DNA of 124,000 nucleotides from Hyalangium minutum (GTDB lineage Bacteria; Myxococcota; Myxococcia; Myxococcales; Myxococcaceae): NCBI RefSeq assembly GCF_000737315.1, contig NZ_JMCB01000008.1, positions 144,001 to 268,000 of the forward strand, read 5' to 3'. Shown piece by piece: positions 67,337 to 77,377 of this stretch (position 1 is its first letter; each line of letters starts with the position of its first letter). The notes under the pieces were generated by a model. It saw only the letters and a program-made list of their open reading frames with translations, ran no database searches and was not told where the DNA came from. The position numbers and the translations under genes were made by a program.

Positions 67337-68365
67337 GTGAAGCCGCGTCCCGTCTCCAATCCGCCCAACCCCTGGGCGAGCACCGAAGTGGAGTACCTCG
67401 ACGAGATCCCCCCCTCTCGGCTGGAGGTGCTGGAGGATCACAGCCGCGAGGTGCTGGCGCGCAACAACAGCCCGGACGTGTGCTTCACCTGGAGCATCAA
67501 CCCGTACCGGGGCTGCATGCACGCCTGCGCGTACTGCTATGCGCGCCCCACCCACGAATACCTGAGCCTGGGTGCGGGCACGGACTTCGAGACGCGCATC
67601 GTCGTGAAGCCCCACGCCCCGGAACTGCTCCGCGAGGCCTTCGAGCGCCCCAAGTGGCAGGGCGAGCCCATCGTCTTCAGCGGGGTGACGGACTGCTACC
67701 AGCCACTGGAGGCGTCGCTGCGGCTCACGCGCCGGTGCCTGGAGGTGTGCGCTGAGTACCGCAACCCCGTGGGCATCATCACCAAGGGCGTGCTCATCGA
67801 GAGAGATATCGACGTGCTCCAGACGCTGGCCCGCGAGTCCCAGTTATGGGTGAGCGTGAGCGTGCCGTTCCACAACCCGGAGCTGGCGCGGGCGATGGAG
67901 CCGTACGTGGCCACGCCGAAGCGGCGGATGCAAACCATCGAGAAGCTGGCGGCGGCGGGGATCAACGTGGCGGTGTCAGTGGCGCCCATCATCCCGGGCC
68001 TCAATGACGAGGACATCGCCAAGGTGCTCGGAGCGGCGCGGGAGGCGGGAGCCCAGAGGGCCCACTACACCCTGCTGCGGCTGCCCGGCCCGGTGAAAGA
68101 AGTGTTCGAGGAGCGCCTGCGCGAAAAGCTGCCCCTGCGCGCCGAGCGCGTGCTGCACCGCATCCGGGAGACGCGAGGCGGAGAGCTGTCCGATCCGCGC
68201 TTCAAGCACCGCATGCGCGGCGAGGGGATCTACGCGCAGACCATCGAGCGGCTGTTCGACGCGGCAGCGCGCAAGGTGGGGATGAGGATGTCCATGATGA
68301 CGGAAGCCGCGCCCTCCCCTTTCCGGCGGCCGACGCGGCCCTCTGCCCAGCTCAGCCTGTTCTGA
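67337..68365 (+). CDS. PA0069/SplB-like radical SAM protein
   Basis: SINPYRGCMHACAYCYAR; TDCYQP. Confidence 0.93.
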   Translation: MKPRPVSNPPNPWASTEVEYLDEIPPSRLEVLEDHSREVLARNNSPDVCFTWSINPYRGCMHACAYCYARPTHEYLSLGAGTDFETRIVVKPHAPELLREAFERPKWQGEPIVFSGVTDCYQPLEASLRLTRRCLEVCAEYRNPVGIITKGVLIERDIDVLQTLARESQLWVSVSVPFHNPELARAMEPYVATPKRRMQTIEKLAAAGINVAVSVAPIIPGLNDEDIAKVLGAAREAGAQRAHYTLLRLPGPVKEVFEERLREKLPLRAERVLHRIRETRGGELSDPRFKHRMRGEGIYAQTIERLFDAAARKVGMRMSMMTEAAPSPFRRPTRPSAQLSLF

Positions 68366-68368
68366 GAG
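68307..68368 (+). repeat. 62-bp direct repeat, copy 1 (3' end of radical SAM gene)
   Basis: 59/62 identical to 70775-70836. Confidence 0.92.
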
Positions 68369-68444
68369 ACAGCCGGGAGGTGGGCCTTGAGTGCTTCCAC
68401 GGCCGGCGTGGACAGGTCCTCCGTTTGACCGGCCTGCCTCTCCG

Positions 68445-69167
68445 TCACCCGGCGTCTGCGATGCGATCGAGCAGTTCGCTCAACAGCAAACTCTCGCCCT
68501 TCGTGAGAACCGTGATCTGGTCGATGGAGGCACGCAGCGCTGCAGCCTTTGCGCGGACATCCGCGTTCTCCGGTGTCACCGCCTCGCTCGTGATCGCGGC
68601 CACGACCGCCTCGCGTGCAGCATCGGCGAGTCCAAGGTCGCGCTGCCCTTCGGGCTGGCGCAGGAGCGTGAGCACGGCCCCGGTCCCCATCGCCGACACA
68701 AGGCCGAGAGCCCGCTCTTCACTGACCCGCAGCCGGCCCGCGAGCGCGATGTTCCGGATGCGCCGCCGCAGAACATCCTTCCCGTCGCTGACGGCAGGAG
68801 ACTGCCAAGCCGGATGCGGATCGCTGCTCATGATCGCGAACAGCCCTGGATGGCTCAGGCCAAACGCGACGTGCGTGTCCCAGCCATCGCGAAAGTCCTG
68901 AAGCGGGTCGGGATGCGGCGTACGCGCGGACTTCTCCGACACGTAGCTATTCAGCACGTGCTCGATAACGACTGTAAGGAGGCCTCGTTTGTCGCCGAAG
69001 AGCCGGTAGATGGTCGGCGCCTGCACACCGGCGGCGGCGGCCACGGCCCGCGTGGTCGCGGCATCGGGACCTCCGGAGGAGATGAGCTCAGCGGCGGCCG
69101 CAATGATGCGCGCGCGCACATCGGGGCCCTCGGCGTCTTGAGCGGCGGACTTCTCGCGGTCCTCCAT
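68445..69167 (-). CDS. TetR family regulator
   Basis: [23 protein letters not shown]; start moved to MEDREK. Confidence 0.92.
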   Translation of the reverse strand: MEDREKSAAQDAEGPDVRARIIAAAAELISSGGPDAATTRAVAAAAGVQAPTIYRLFGDKRGLLTVVIEHVLNSYVSEKSARTPHPDPLQDFRDGWDTHVAFGLSHPGLFAIMSSDPHPAWQSPAVSDGKDVLRRRIRNIALAGRLRVSEERALGLVSAMGTGAVLTLLRQPEGQRDLGLADAAREAVVAAITSEAVTPENADVRAKAAALRASIDQITVLTKGESLLLSELLDRIADAG

Positions 69168-69289
69168 GGATCTGACGGTAGCACGCGGCCACCGAAACGG
69201 TGCTACCAGCAAATTGATAGCGGCGTTAACAGGGCCGCATTATCATTGATAACGCAGCGGCGTTTCCACCGTTAGCCAAGGGGCGTTCA

Positions 69290-70162
69290 ATGATCGTCGT
69301 GACCGGAGCAACAGGGCAGCTCGGCCGTCTCATCGTGGAGAAACTCGTCACCCGCGTCCCGGTGGAGCGGGTCGCCATCAGTGTCCGAGACGTTCAGAAG
69401 GCCCAGGAGTTGGCGGCACGCGGCGTCCGAGTGCGCAGAGGCGACTTCACGGATCCGAAGAGTCTCGCGCACGCCTTCGAGGGCGCGTCCCAGGTCCTGA
69501 TCGTCTCGTCGAATGCGGCTGCGCATGGCGGCGATCCCCTCGCCCAACATCGCTCCGCCATCGACGCCGCACGGTCTGCGGGCGCGCGGCGCATTGTCTA
69601 CACGAGCCACATGGCCGCGAGCCGTTCGTCGGCATTTCCTCCGATGATTGACCATGCGGCGACGGAGCAGATGCTGGGCGAGTCCGGTCTGGCGTGGACC
69701 GCGCTTCGCAACGGTTTCTACGCTGCGAGTGCGATGTTCCTGCTGGGGCGGGGCCTTCAGACGGGAGTCTTCGAGGCGCCCGCGGACGGAAAGGTCTCCT
69801 GGACCACGCACGCAGACCTTGCGGAGGCGGCCGCGGTGATTCTGGCGAACGAGGGGCAGAACAACGGGCCGACGCCGCCGCTCACGGCAGCGCAGGCGCT
69901 CGACTTCGGAGAGCTGTGCGACATCGCGTCGAGTGTCCTCGGACGGCCGCTCCGTCGAAGCACCGTGTCAGAGGACGAGATGCGCGCGAAGCTCACGGCG
70001 TTCGGAATGCCCGCGCACGCGGTCGCCATCTCGCTCGGCCTTTACCGCGCGAGCCGCAATGGCGAGTTCGCGGCCGTCGATCCCACGCTGCAGAAGTTGC
70101 TCGGGCGTGCGCCAACAAGCATGCGCGAGGTGATTGCCGAGAAGATGGGCCGAGCGGCTTAA
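69290..70162 (+). CDS. NmrA/SDR-like NAD(P)-binding oxidoreductase
   Basis: VTGATGQLG; LRNGFY; divergent from TetR. Confidence 0.92.
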   Translation: MIVVTGATGQLGRLIVEKLVTRVPVERVAISVRDVQKAQELAARGVRVRRGDFTDPKSLAHAFEGASQVLIVSSNAAAHGGDPLAQHRSAIDAARSAGARRIVYTSHMAASRSSAFPPMIDHAATEQMLGESGLAWTALRNGFYAASAMFLLGRGLQTGVFEAPADGKVSWTTHADLAEAAAVILANEGQNNGPTPPLTAAQALDFGELCDIASSVLGRPLRRSTVSEDEMRAKLTAFGMPAHAVAISLGLYRASRNGEFAAVDPTLQKLLGRAPTSMREVIAEKMGRAA

Positions 70163-70191
70163 GACGGAGAGAGGCTGCTCGGCTTGCTTGG

Positions 70192-70625
70192 TCATGGGTC
70201 CAGGGGTGACCCACCTCGCTCAACTCCACAAGGTCTCCCAGCACGTCCTGGGCCGGACGGATACGCCCGAGCCACCTGCTCCAGCGCCCGCAGCCGCTCA
70301 CGCAGCGATCGCGGCTGATGAGCCGCCCACGCGTACAGCGTCACGCCGTCGATCGCATCCATCACCACATACGGAAAGGACTCCCCGTTCGGCGACGTCC
70401 ACTCGCCGCGGTCATGCAGCCGGGGCACGTGGGGATGGCGCACGCGCGAGAGCAGCTCTCCCTCGCGCTCGAATCGAGGATCCCTCGGGTAGCGCGCCAC
70501 CTTCAGGGCGAAGGGCCCCGCGCTCTCCTGCCCCACCCGCTCCACGAGGTAGACGAAGCCGTAGACTCCCAGACCCTTGCCCCGCAGCACACGCCAAGGG
70601 CCTACCTGCATGCCAGCAGTGAGTT
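70192..70625 (-). pseudogene. 5' fragment of a Ser/Thr kinase
   Basis: GVYGFVY, FALK, HPHVPRL present; ends before HRD. Confidence 0.75.
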
Positions 70626-70774
70626 CCGCGGGCCCTCGTGCCTGTCCCCGTTCCACACCGCACCTCAGGGTGAACACCGGGTGGACCTCTCTGTCCACCC
70701 GGGTGTCACCCTACCTCATGGGTCGCTCCGGCGCACAGCCACACAGCCCCCAAAAGCTGCCCCTGTGCCAGAGA

Positions 70775-70836
70775 CCGCGCCCTCCTCTTTCCGGAGGCCG
70801 GCGCGGCCCTCTGCCCAGCTCAGCCTGTTCTGAGAG
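70775..70836 (+). repeat. 62-bp direct repeat, copy 2 (orphan radical SAM 3' end)
   Basis: Encodes ...FRRPARPSAQLSLF-stop. Confidence 0.92.
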
Positions 70837-70856
70837 TGCACGCCCTTCGATGATGG

Positions 70857-70881
70857 ACTTAGTATACCCCGTATACTAAGT
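70857..70881. promoter_or_regulatory. Perfect inverted repeat, likely TetR operator
   Basis: ACTTAGTATAC-CCC-GTATACTAAGT upstream of the amidohydrolase. Confidence 0.75.
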
Positions 70882-70918
70882 CCTGCTCCATGCTGGCTTG
70901 CCTCCAGAGGAGAACCGC

Positions 70919-72322
70919 ATGAGCGAACGATGGCTGCTCCGTGGCGCTGAGGTGATCACCTGCGATCCCGACAGCGCCGACATGCCGCGCGCAGACGTCC
71001 TGATCGAGAACGGAGTCATCGCTGCGATGGGTCCTGGGCTCCGCGCGGACGATTGCCGGGTTCTTGAGCTCGACGGAAAGATCCTCATGCCCGGCTTCAT
71101 CGACACGCATCGGCACACGTGGCAGACGCCGCTGCGCGCGTTGGGTGGGGACTGGACCGTCATGGACTACCTGGCAGCCGTGCGAGTGAAGCTCGCGCCG
71201 GCCTTCCGCCCCAGCGACATCTACGCCGCGAACCTCGCCGGCGCGCTGGAGGCGCTGGACGCAGGCATCACCACCCTCGTCGACTACTCCCACTGCATCG
71301 AGTCACCCGAGCACGCCGACAGCGCGCTGGAGGCCCTCGAGCACGCCCGGATTCGAGCGCTCTTCTCTTACGGCTATGCGGAGGGCGCGCGCGCGAGCCC
71401 TGCCTTTCCCACCCACGAGAGCCGGCTCCAGGACGCCCGGCGCTTGCGGACCACACGCCTTGCATCGGACGACCGCCTGGTCCGGATGGGGATTGCCCTC
71501 ACCGAGATGCAGATCCCGTGGGAGTCGAGCCGGGCCGAGATCCGCTCGGCGCGCGAGCTCAACGTGCCCATCACCGCGCATTGCTCGGCCTGGCCCGTGT
71601 CAGGACCGAGCGAGATCCAGCAGATGGCCACCGAGGGGTTGCTCGGGCCGGATGTCCTCTTCGTCCACTGCACGTGGAGCTCCGAGGAGGATCTGAAGCG
71701 CATCGCCGACAGTGGTGGGGCGATCGCGGTGACCCCAGAGACCGAGCTGCAGATGGGCATGGGCTTCCCCGTCACTGGGCGTGCGCTGCGAAGCCGCGTT
71801 CGTACAACGCTCGGCTGTGACGTCGTCTCGAGCAACGGCGGAGACTTGTTCACCGCCATGCGGCTTGCCCTGCAGGTCGAGCGGGGCCTGGCAAACGCAC
71901 GTGGAGGGATGCCCCGGGCCCTCGACCTCAAGGCAGAGCGGCTGCTCCAGATGGTGACGCGCGACGCCGCGGAGGCGATTGGGCTGGGGCGCGTCACCGG
72001 CTCGCTCCGTCCGGGCAAGGATGCCGATCTCATTGTTCTCGCCGCGGACGCGCTGAACATGACGCCGCTCAATCGTCCGCGAGATGCGGTCGTGATGCAG
72101 GCCCATGCGGGCAACGTCGAGTCCGTGATGGTTCGCGGCAGGCTGGTGAAGCACCGGGGGGTGCTGCTCGACGTGGACCTGCCTGCCGTCAGGCGCAAGG
72201 TGGTCGAGACGCGCAACGCCGTGCTCGAGCGCGTGGGAGGCCTGTCGATGCTCCTCAGCGATCGGGCGGAGCTCGACAAGCACTGGGACACGGGCGGCGG
72301 TGCCACCACGGACGACGCGTAA
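70919..72322 (+). CDS. Amidohydrolase (AtzA/TrzA-like)
   Basis: PGFIDTHRH; ITAH; VHC; LGCD; DADL. Confidence 0.92.
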   Translation: MSERWLLRGAEVITCDPDSADMPRADVLIENGVIAAMGPGLRADDCRVLELDGKILMPGFIDTHRHTWQTPLRALGGDWTVMDYLAAVRVKLAPAFRPSDIYAANLAGALEALDAGITTLVDYSHCIESPEHADSALEALEHARIRALFSYGYAEGARASPAFPTHESRLQDARRLRTTRLASDDRLVRMGIALTEMQIPWESSRAEIRSARELNVPITAHCSAWPVSGPSEIQQMATEGLLGPDVLFVHCTWSSEEDLKRIADSGGAIAVTPETELQMGMGFPVTGRALRSRVRTTLGCDVVSSNGGDLFTAMRLALQVERGLANARGGMPRALDLKAERLLQMVTRDAAEAIGLGRVTGSLRPGKDADLIVLAADALNMTPLNRPRDAVVMQAHAGNVESVMVRGRLVKHRGVLLDVDLPAVRRKVVETRNAVLERVGGLSMLLSDRAELDKHWDTGGGATTDDA

Positions 72323-72334
72323 CGGCGGGCAGGC

Positions 72335-73054
72335 TCACGCCTTGCGTGTCAGCCGGCCTCTCCTCACCCCGGCGAGCCGCGCATCGATGCGCCTCTGGAT
72401 TCCCTCGAGCATGAAGCTCAAGCTGGCCTCGAACTCGGCCTCGATGCTCGTGGCTTGCATATGGGGCAGGGTGTGGGCGATGCCAGGGTATTCTCCAGGA
72501 GGCAGCGTCGCGGCCGCAGCGAAGAACCGCTGAAAGAGAGGGGGGGCCTCCTCACTCCGAGAGTCCCACTGCTCTTGTCGACGCACTGCCCCGGCGAGCC
72601 AGGAGAAGAAGGTGTTGTGCAGCGCTCCAGCTTCCTCCCACGGAACACCGGCGTCATGCAGCTTGCGGACTGTCCGGTCGAGGATGACGAGCGTGGCGCC
72701 GACGATGGGACCTTCCTCCAAGAGGAAGTCCATGACACCTCGGTTCGCCAGTCCGAGCGCGCGCACCCGCCTGGCAAGCTCCCGGAGCCACGCCAGCGGC
72801 TCCAGGCGATCCTCGGGCAGCAAGAGCGTCGCGAAAATCTCCTCGACGACCCACAGCGCGAGCTCGTCCCGGTTCGCGACGTGCTTGTACACGGCCATGG
72901 GGGTCACCCCAAGCCGCTCGGCCAGGGACCGCATCGAGAGCGTTCGGAGCCCATCCTCTCGGACGAGCTCTACCGCGGTCGCCACGACCAGGGCGCGGGA
73001 GAGGCGCGGAGGGCGCCCTCGCACCTTGCGTGGCTTGCTCTCGTCGGAAGGCAT
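72335..73054 (-). CDS. TetR family regulator with TetR_C-like domain
   Basis: LSMRSLAERLGVTPMAVYKHV. Confidence 0.9.
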   Translation of the reverse strand: MPSDESKPRKVRGRPPRLSRALVVATAVELVREDGLRTLSMRSLAERLGVTPMAVYKHVANRDELALWVVEEIFATLLLPEDRLEPLAWLRELARRVRALGLANRGVMDFLLEEGPIVGATLVILDRTVRKLHDAGVPWEEAGALHNTFFSWLAGAVRRQEQWDSRSEEAPPLFQRFFAAAATLPPGEYPGIAHTLPHMQATSIEAEFEASLSFMLEGIQRRIDARLAGVRRGRLTRKA

Positions 73055-73286
73055 GGGCGTGAGCATAGGCTGACGCCGCGGAGCGTGAAGACCCGAGTAT
73101 TAAGATGGGCCGCATGGACGCACGGAACTCGTGCCACGAGGCCATCCCTGCGGCTCGAGAGAGAAGCGGCGGCAACGCTCCGCAGCGAGCGCCAGCCCGG
73201 TCACCAGCGCGATGAGCACGAGGAGGCCGAGGAAGCTGGGCATGGCGCTCCGCCATTCTTGGGAGAGAGGTCTCTGCGCGGACGGC

Positions 73287-73976
73287 TCACACCGAGGTCG
73301 GAGCCTCGCCGCGCTTGGGCTCGACGTCCGCCGAGGCCACGCTCGTGGCGGCTGTCTCCTGGTCCGCCGTCACCAGTGGCACATCGACGAGGTGCTCGGA
73401 GACGAACCAGACCTGCATCTCGTTCACTCTCACCACCTCGCTCACCAGGAGGTCGTTCGTCCCTTCATCCCCCAGCTCCGAGGCACGGCGCGCCGCCTCG
73501 CGGGACTGGCGGAGGATGTACTCATGGGCCTCGAGCAGCCGGGAGAGCTGCACCGCCGGCTCCTCCACGTCCCGCGGCGGGCGCTCGATCTTGCTCAGCT
73601 CCGCGACATCGTGCGGCATTCCCAGGCTGACACCGCCGAGGAGCTGGATGCGCTCGGCCAGCGCATCCACCAGCTCCGCCTGCTCCTCGTAGTGCTTATC
73701 GAAGAGCAGGTGCAGTTGATAGAAGGTCGCGCCCGACGTCTGCCAGTGGTGCTTCTTGTACATGTCCCTCAGGACAATGGTGTCCACGAGCACCTGGTTG
73801 AGCCGGGCCACGCTGTCTGCCTTGGCCTCCTCGCTCAGGCCGAGGGGGAGCTTGCGGAGTGTCCCAGCTCGCTGGAGGACCTTGCCGCGTTGCCTCAGAA
73901 TGGGGGACGCCTGGTCTCCATCCGTGCTCTTCCAGCCTGCGCCCTTTCGTCCCTGTCCCTGTACGCTCGCCATCAT
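73287..73976 (-). CDS. dps: Dps/DNA starvation protection protein
   Basis: KKHHWQTSG.TFYQLHLLFDKHY; DALAERI. Confidence 0.9.
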   Translation of the reverse strand: MMASVQGQGRKGAGWKSTDGDQASPILRQRGKVLQRAGTLRKLPLGLSEEAKADSVARLNQVLVDTIVLRDMYKKHHWQTSGATFYQLHLLFDKHYEEQAELVDALAERIQLLGGVSLGMPHDVAELSKIERPPRDVEEPAVQLSRLLEAHEYILRQSREAARRASELGDEGTNDLLVSEVVRVNEMQVWFVSEHLVDVPLVTADQETAATSVASADVEPKRGEAPTSV

Positions 73977-74260
73977 GTCCTCCTGGTGGAACGGCGGAAT
74001 GCCTGACAACGTGCCGCCGGCTCTCTCAACGCTGGGATGGGGCTGACGGGGCCGCAAGCTCGGCCATCGCGAATGCGCGCCCGTTCGACGAGGGAGGAAG
74101 GAGGGCCTGCACGGCGGCTTCTCCTCAGATGACTGGAGTCACCACGCCGAGACGCCAGTCACCAGAGGGGCTGCGGCTCGCCGCGCTTCGGTTCCAGGCC
74201 GGGCTTTCCAACCTCTTGAGATCACAAGGACTCCGCGGCGGGCCCTGCTTCCTTCCGCGC

Positions 74261-74276
74261 TGGCACGCCAGCCGCA
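74261..74276 (+). promoter_or_regulatory. Possible sigma54 promoter
   Basis: TGGCACG-CCAG-CCGCA (GG-N10-GC) upstream of 74343. Confidence 0.45.
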
Positions 74277-74342
74277 TTGAGAAGGGCTCAAGTCGTTGCG
74301 CACGGTCTCGCGCTCCACCTCTTCGATGACAGGAGTCACCCC

Positions 74343-75227
74343 ATGAAAGGCCTCAAGCTCGGCGGATTCAAGGCACCGTCCTCCCTCCCCGGAATCAAGA
74401 CGGACATGCCGCGGGCGCCGTCGCCCACGAGCCCGAAGCCTTCCTCTTCCTCCCAGCCGAAGCAGTTCAAGGACGGGTTTGACGCTGCGGGTGCCAAGCC
74501 CCCGCAGCAGCCGGGCAAGAACGTCACCTCGTCGTTCGGCTCCAACCCGCTGGGCCACGCGGGCCAGAACACCCTGAACTCCTACAACATGTTCCCGGGA
74601 GGCGCGCCGCAGGGTGTGGCGCTCCCCAACGCCAACAAGCCCTTCGTTCACGCCAACGACTCCGTGGTGACGCTGAACGCCCATCAGCACCAGGGCAACA
74701 CGAACCTGTCCGTCACCGGAGCCGGAAATCAGGGCATCCCGTCGCACTACATGCACTACCTGTCGACGGGCGAGGGCAAGTTCGCGGGCATCCAGGGCGT
74801 GCCGCTCCACCCGCGTCCGGATCAGCCGCAGATGGTGGTGACGGGGGCCCTCAACGGCTGCGCCGTCCACGCCCTGCACGATCCAAAGAACAACACGCTG
74901 TCCTTCCTCCACCACGCGGACTACTCGAAGAATGGCGCGAACGAGCTGAAGGACTTCCTCTCCAAACCGGACAATAAGCACATGCTCCCCGTGGGGAGCT
75001 TCACGCCCAGCGAGTACTCGCATCCCACGGGCAAGCACGGCGTCCCGACCGGCGCCACGCCCTTCATCCACTACACCCAGCCCTCCGGCAATCGCCCGGG
75101 CCAGTGGACGATCGCCGGTCAGCTCAACACCTTCAAGAACGGTGGCACCCCCGGTGGCCGCCCCGAGCTCATGCGGCCCACGGACCTGAAGGTGCCCTTC
75201 GTGCAGACGATCCCCGTGACGCCGTAG
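74343..75227 (+). CDS. CNF1/BLF1-like Cys-His deamidase candidate with disordered N-terminus
   Basis: VVTGALNGCAV...LSFLHH resembles the L(S/N)GC...H catalytic signature. Confidence 0.55.
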   Translation: MKGLKLGGFKAPSSLPGIKTDMPRAPSPTSPKPSSSSQPKQFKDGFDAAGAKPPQQPGKNVTSSFGSNPLGHAGQNTLNSYNMFPGGAPQGVALPNANKPFVHANDSVVTLNAHQHQGNTNLSVTGAGNQGIPSHYMHYLSTGEGKFAGIQGVPLHPRPDQPQMVVTGALNGCAVHALHDPKNNTLSFLHHADYSKNGANELKDFLSKPDNKHMLPVGSFTPSEYSHPTGKHGVPTGATPFIHYTQPSGNRPGQWTIAGQLNTFKNGGTPGGRPELMRPTDLKVPFVQTIPVTP

Positions 75228-75324
75228 CCAACCGCTCGAGTCCATCGGGGCGGCTGCACAACCGTCCACACTCTCCCAGCGCGCCTCTTGCCCTCGGCGG
75301 GCCCAACTGTAGGGTCGCCGGAGG

Positions 75325-75381
75325 ATCGACGACCTCTGGTACAAGAACGCCATCGTCTATTGCCTGGACGTCAAGACGTTT
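75325..75381 (+). pseudogene. 19-codon remnant of a TreS/alpha-amylase N-terminus
   Basis: Reads IDDLWYKNAIVYCLDVKTF, then collides with the protease gene end. Confidence 0.6.
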
Positions 75382-76273
75382 CCCGCTTCTTGGCCTCCTC
75401 GATCTGCTTCGCAATCCAGTCGCGGTAGCTGGAGGTGCTGGTGAACCAAGACTCCGTGGCACCTTGACTGACGTACCCGCCGTTGATGCCCACGAGATAC
75501 CGCGTGCCCTTCTCCTCCAGGAAGCAAGGCCCTCCGCTGTCGCCTCGATGAGTGTGCGCGCCCGGGAACCGGAACCGGATCTCCCGGCCCTTGCGATCGT
75601 TCGACAGGCGGAGCTCCGCCACCACGTTGCTTCCGAAACGGCGAATGCCTTTCAGCGCGGGTTCGTCCGCCACGGCCCCATAGCCAACGACGGTGACTTC
75701 ATCGTTCAGGAGAACCTCCGCCTCCCGCAGCTTGTTGTCCCAAGACGTGTTGGCGAGTTCCTTCTCCAGGTAGATGACCGCCAGATCCGCAACCTTGCTC
75801 TTGACGAAGAGCCTGCCACCCGCCACGTCCAACTCGGACCTGAACCCTTCGTGGACGACCACTGTCCCTCCGGTCCTGTCAACCCAAGGTTCCACCCCCT
75901 CCCGCGACCGGTACAAGACGCTCTCTACCACTACGTTCTTCTTGCAGGCTGTCTTGTCCATGCTCCGAACGCTGGGGCCACTCGGCCAACAAAAGCAGTG
76001 TGCTGCGGTGAGGACGAGGCGCCGCGCGATGAGCACACCGCTGCACAGGCCTGATCCGATCTCGATCTGGACCGCAGACCGGAAGCGATTCTCGGCATCC
76101 TCTATCCCACCGGAGAGCCCGAACTCATCACGAGAGGGAGAAACCAGACCCAGCCCAAGAGGACCGTCTGCAGCCATACCCGTTGCGGCTTCTCCCGAGA
76201 CGCACCCACCCGCGAGCGAGAGGAAGAGCATCAAGCCCAGCGTGGCTTCCCGTCTCGCATACCGTCGCGACAT
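75371..76273 (-). CDS. Trypsin-like serine protease (lipoprotein), catalytic triad intact
   Basis: CSGVLI; LTAAHC; DLAV; GDSGGP. Confidence 0.9.
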   Translation of the reverse strand: MSRRYARREATLGLMLFLSLAGGCVSGEAATGMAADGPLGLGLVSPSRDEFGLSGGIEDAENRFRSAVQIEIGSGLCSGVLIARRLVLTAAHCFCWPSGPSVRSMDKTACKKNVVVESVLYRSREGVEPWVDRTGGTVVVHEGFRSELDVAGGRLFVKSKVADLAVIYLEKELANTSWDNKLREAEVLLNDEVTVVGYGAVADEPALKGIRRFGSNVVAELRLSNDRKGREIRFRFPGAHTHRGDSGGPCFLEEKGTRYLVGINGGYVSQGATESWFTSTSSYRDWIAKQIEEAKKRETS

Positions 76274-76279
76274 CTGCGC

Positions 76280-77269
76280 TTACTCCTTCTTCTTGGAGTT
76301 GCCGGATGGAGTCCCGCTTCTCCCCGCCGCACGGCGCATCTCCGCAGCCAGCCAGCCGCGAAACACGTACGTGCTTGTGAAGGACGGTTGCTCATCCGAG
76401 TCCACGCTCGCAATCCCCACGAGCGCACGTGCAGTCCCCTTCTCCCGAAAGCAGGGCCCTCCCATATAACCGTTGTAGAGCAACGCCCCCTGCTGTTCGT
76501 ACAGGATCCTTCCCTCCAGGGAGACGCTCTGGACCTGGACACGCCGGGAGTAGCGGACGCGCATGAAACCACCGATTGCCTGGGGGGTGTTCCGGACATG
76601 CCCCGCCATGACCAGGGCCTCGTTGCTCTGGACTTCCGCATCCGCCAACGGAACGCCTGAGTGCCCGGCCGCGACAGGCGTGTCCAGCACGATGGCCGCG
76701 AGATCCGCCTTGCTCGAAACAACGGCTCCCCGCGCATCGAGGCGAAGTTCCAGGTCCGGATGGGGACGAACCTCCCCTTGGTAGAGCTGAAACTTCACCT
76801 GCGTTGCCGTCTCCTTGTATTGCTTGTCCAAAACCTCCCCGTAGATCGCTGTTGCCACGCCGACACGTTTCGCACAGGCAGAACTGTCGATGAGCGTCTT
76901 CTCGATGGTGCCTGGTGTCTCAACTGAATGCGGCGAGCAAACACAGCTCCCGGCGGTCAGCACCAAGTGAGGGCTCACGAGCACACCGCTGCACTCCACC
77001 GAGTCCAGCGGGTTCCCCTTCGCGATCATCACGGTGGCGACGTAGCGGTTCCGGTCGTCCATCTCTCCGGCGTACGGGTCCATGTCGCGTTCGAGGACGC
77101 CAGTCTCGCGGAGCTGCTCGGTGGCGTCAGGAAGTCCCTCCTCCACCATGAGTTGCTCAGGAAGACTGTCTTCGGAGGCCGGCTCCTCTGTCTTGCTCTT
77201 GCAACCGGCCGCTCCAAGCCCCAGCGCCGCCATGACGGCGAAGAACAGCGTATAGGCTGCACGCGACAT
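76280..77269 (-). CDS. Trypsin-like pseudoprotease lipoprotein
   Basis: LTAGSC (His lost) and GYMGGP (Ser lost); AAGC lipobox. Confidence 0.8.
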   Translation of the reverse strand: MSRAAYTLFFAVMAALGLGAAGCKSKTEEPASEDSLPEQLMVEEGLPDATEQLRETGVLERDMDPYAGEMDDRNRYVATVMIAKGNPLDSVECSGVLVSPHLVLTAGSCVCSPHSVETPGTIEKTLIDSSACAKRVGVATAIYGEVLDKQYKETATQVKFQLYQGEVRPHPDLELRLDARGAVVSSKADLAAIVLDTPVAAGHSGVPLADAEVQSNEALVMAGHVRNTPQAIGGFMRVRYSRRVQVQSVSLEGRILYEQQGALLYNGYMGGPCFREKGTARALVGIASVDSDEQPSFTSTYVFRGWLAAEMRRAAGRSGTPSGNSKKKE

Positions 77270-77377
77270 TCGGGGCTGGGGCATCAGGCCTCTTCCGGGG
77301 CTCGGGTGGAGCAAGCCCCTCGGCTACAGCAACAACGGCGCCCCGCCCGAACACTCCAAGCGGGGCCACTCGGCAAG

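Noticed and set aside
65986-77300. tRNA-Gly-anchored integrative element or prophage
   Set aside because: No integrase, no duplicated tRNA 3' end seen and no phage genes; the repeat found matches the radical SAM gene instead.
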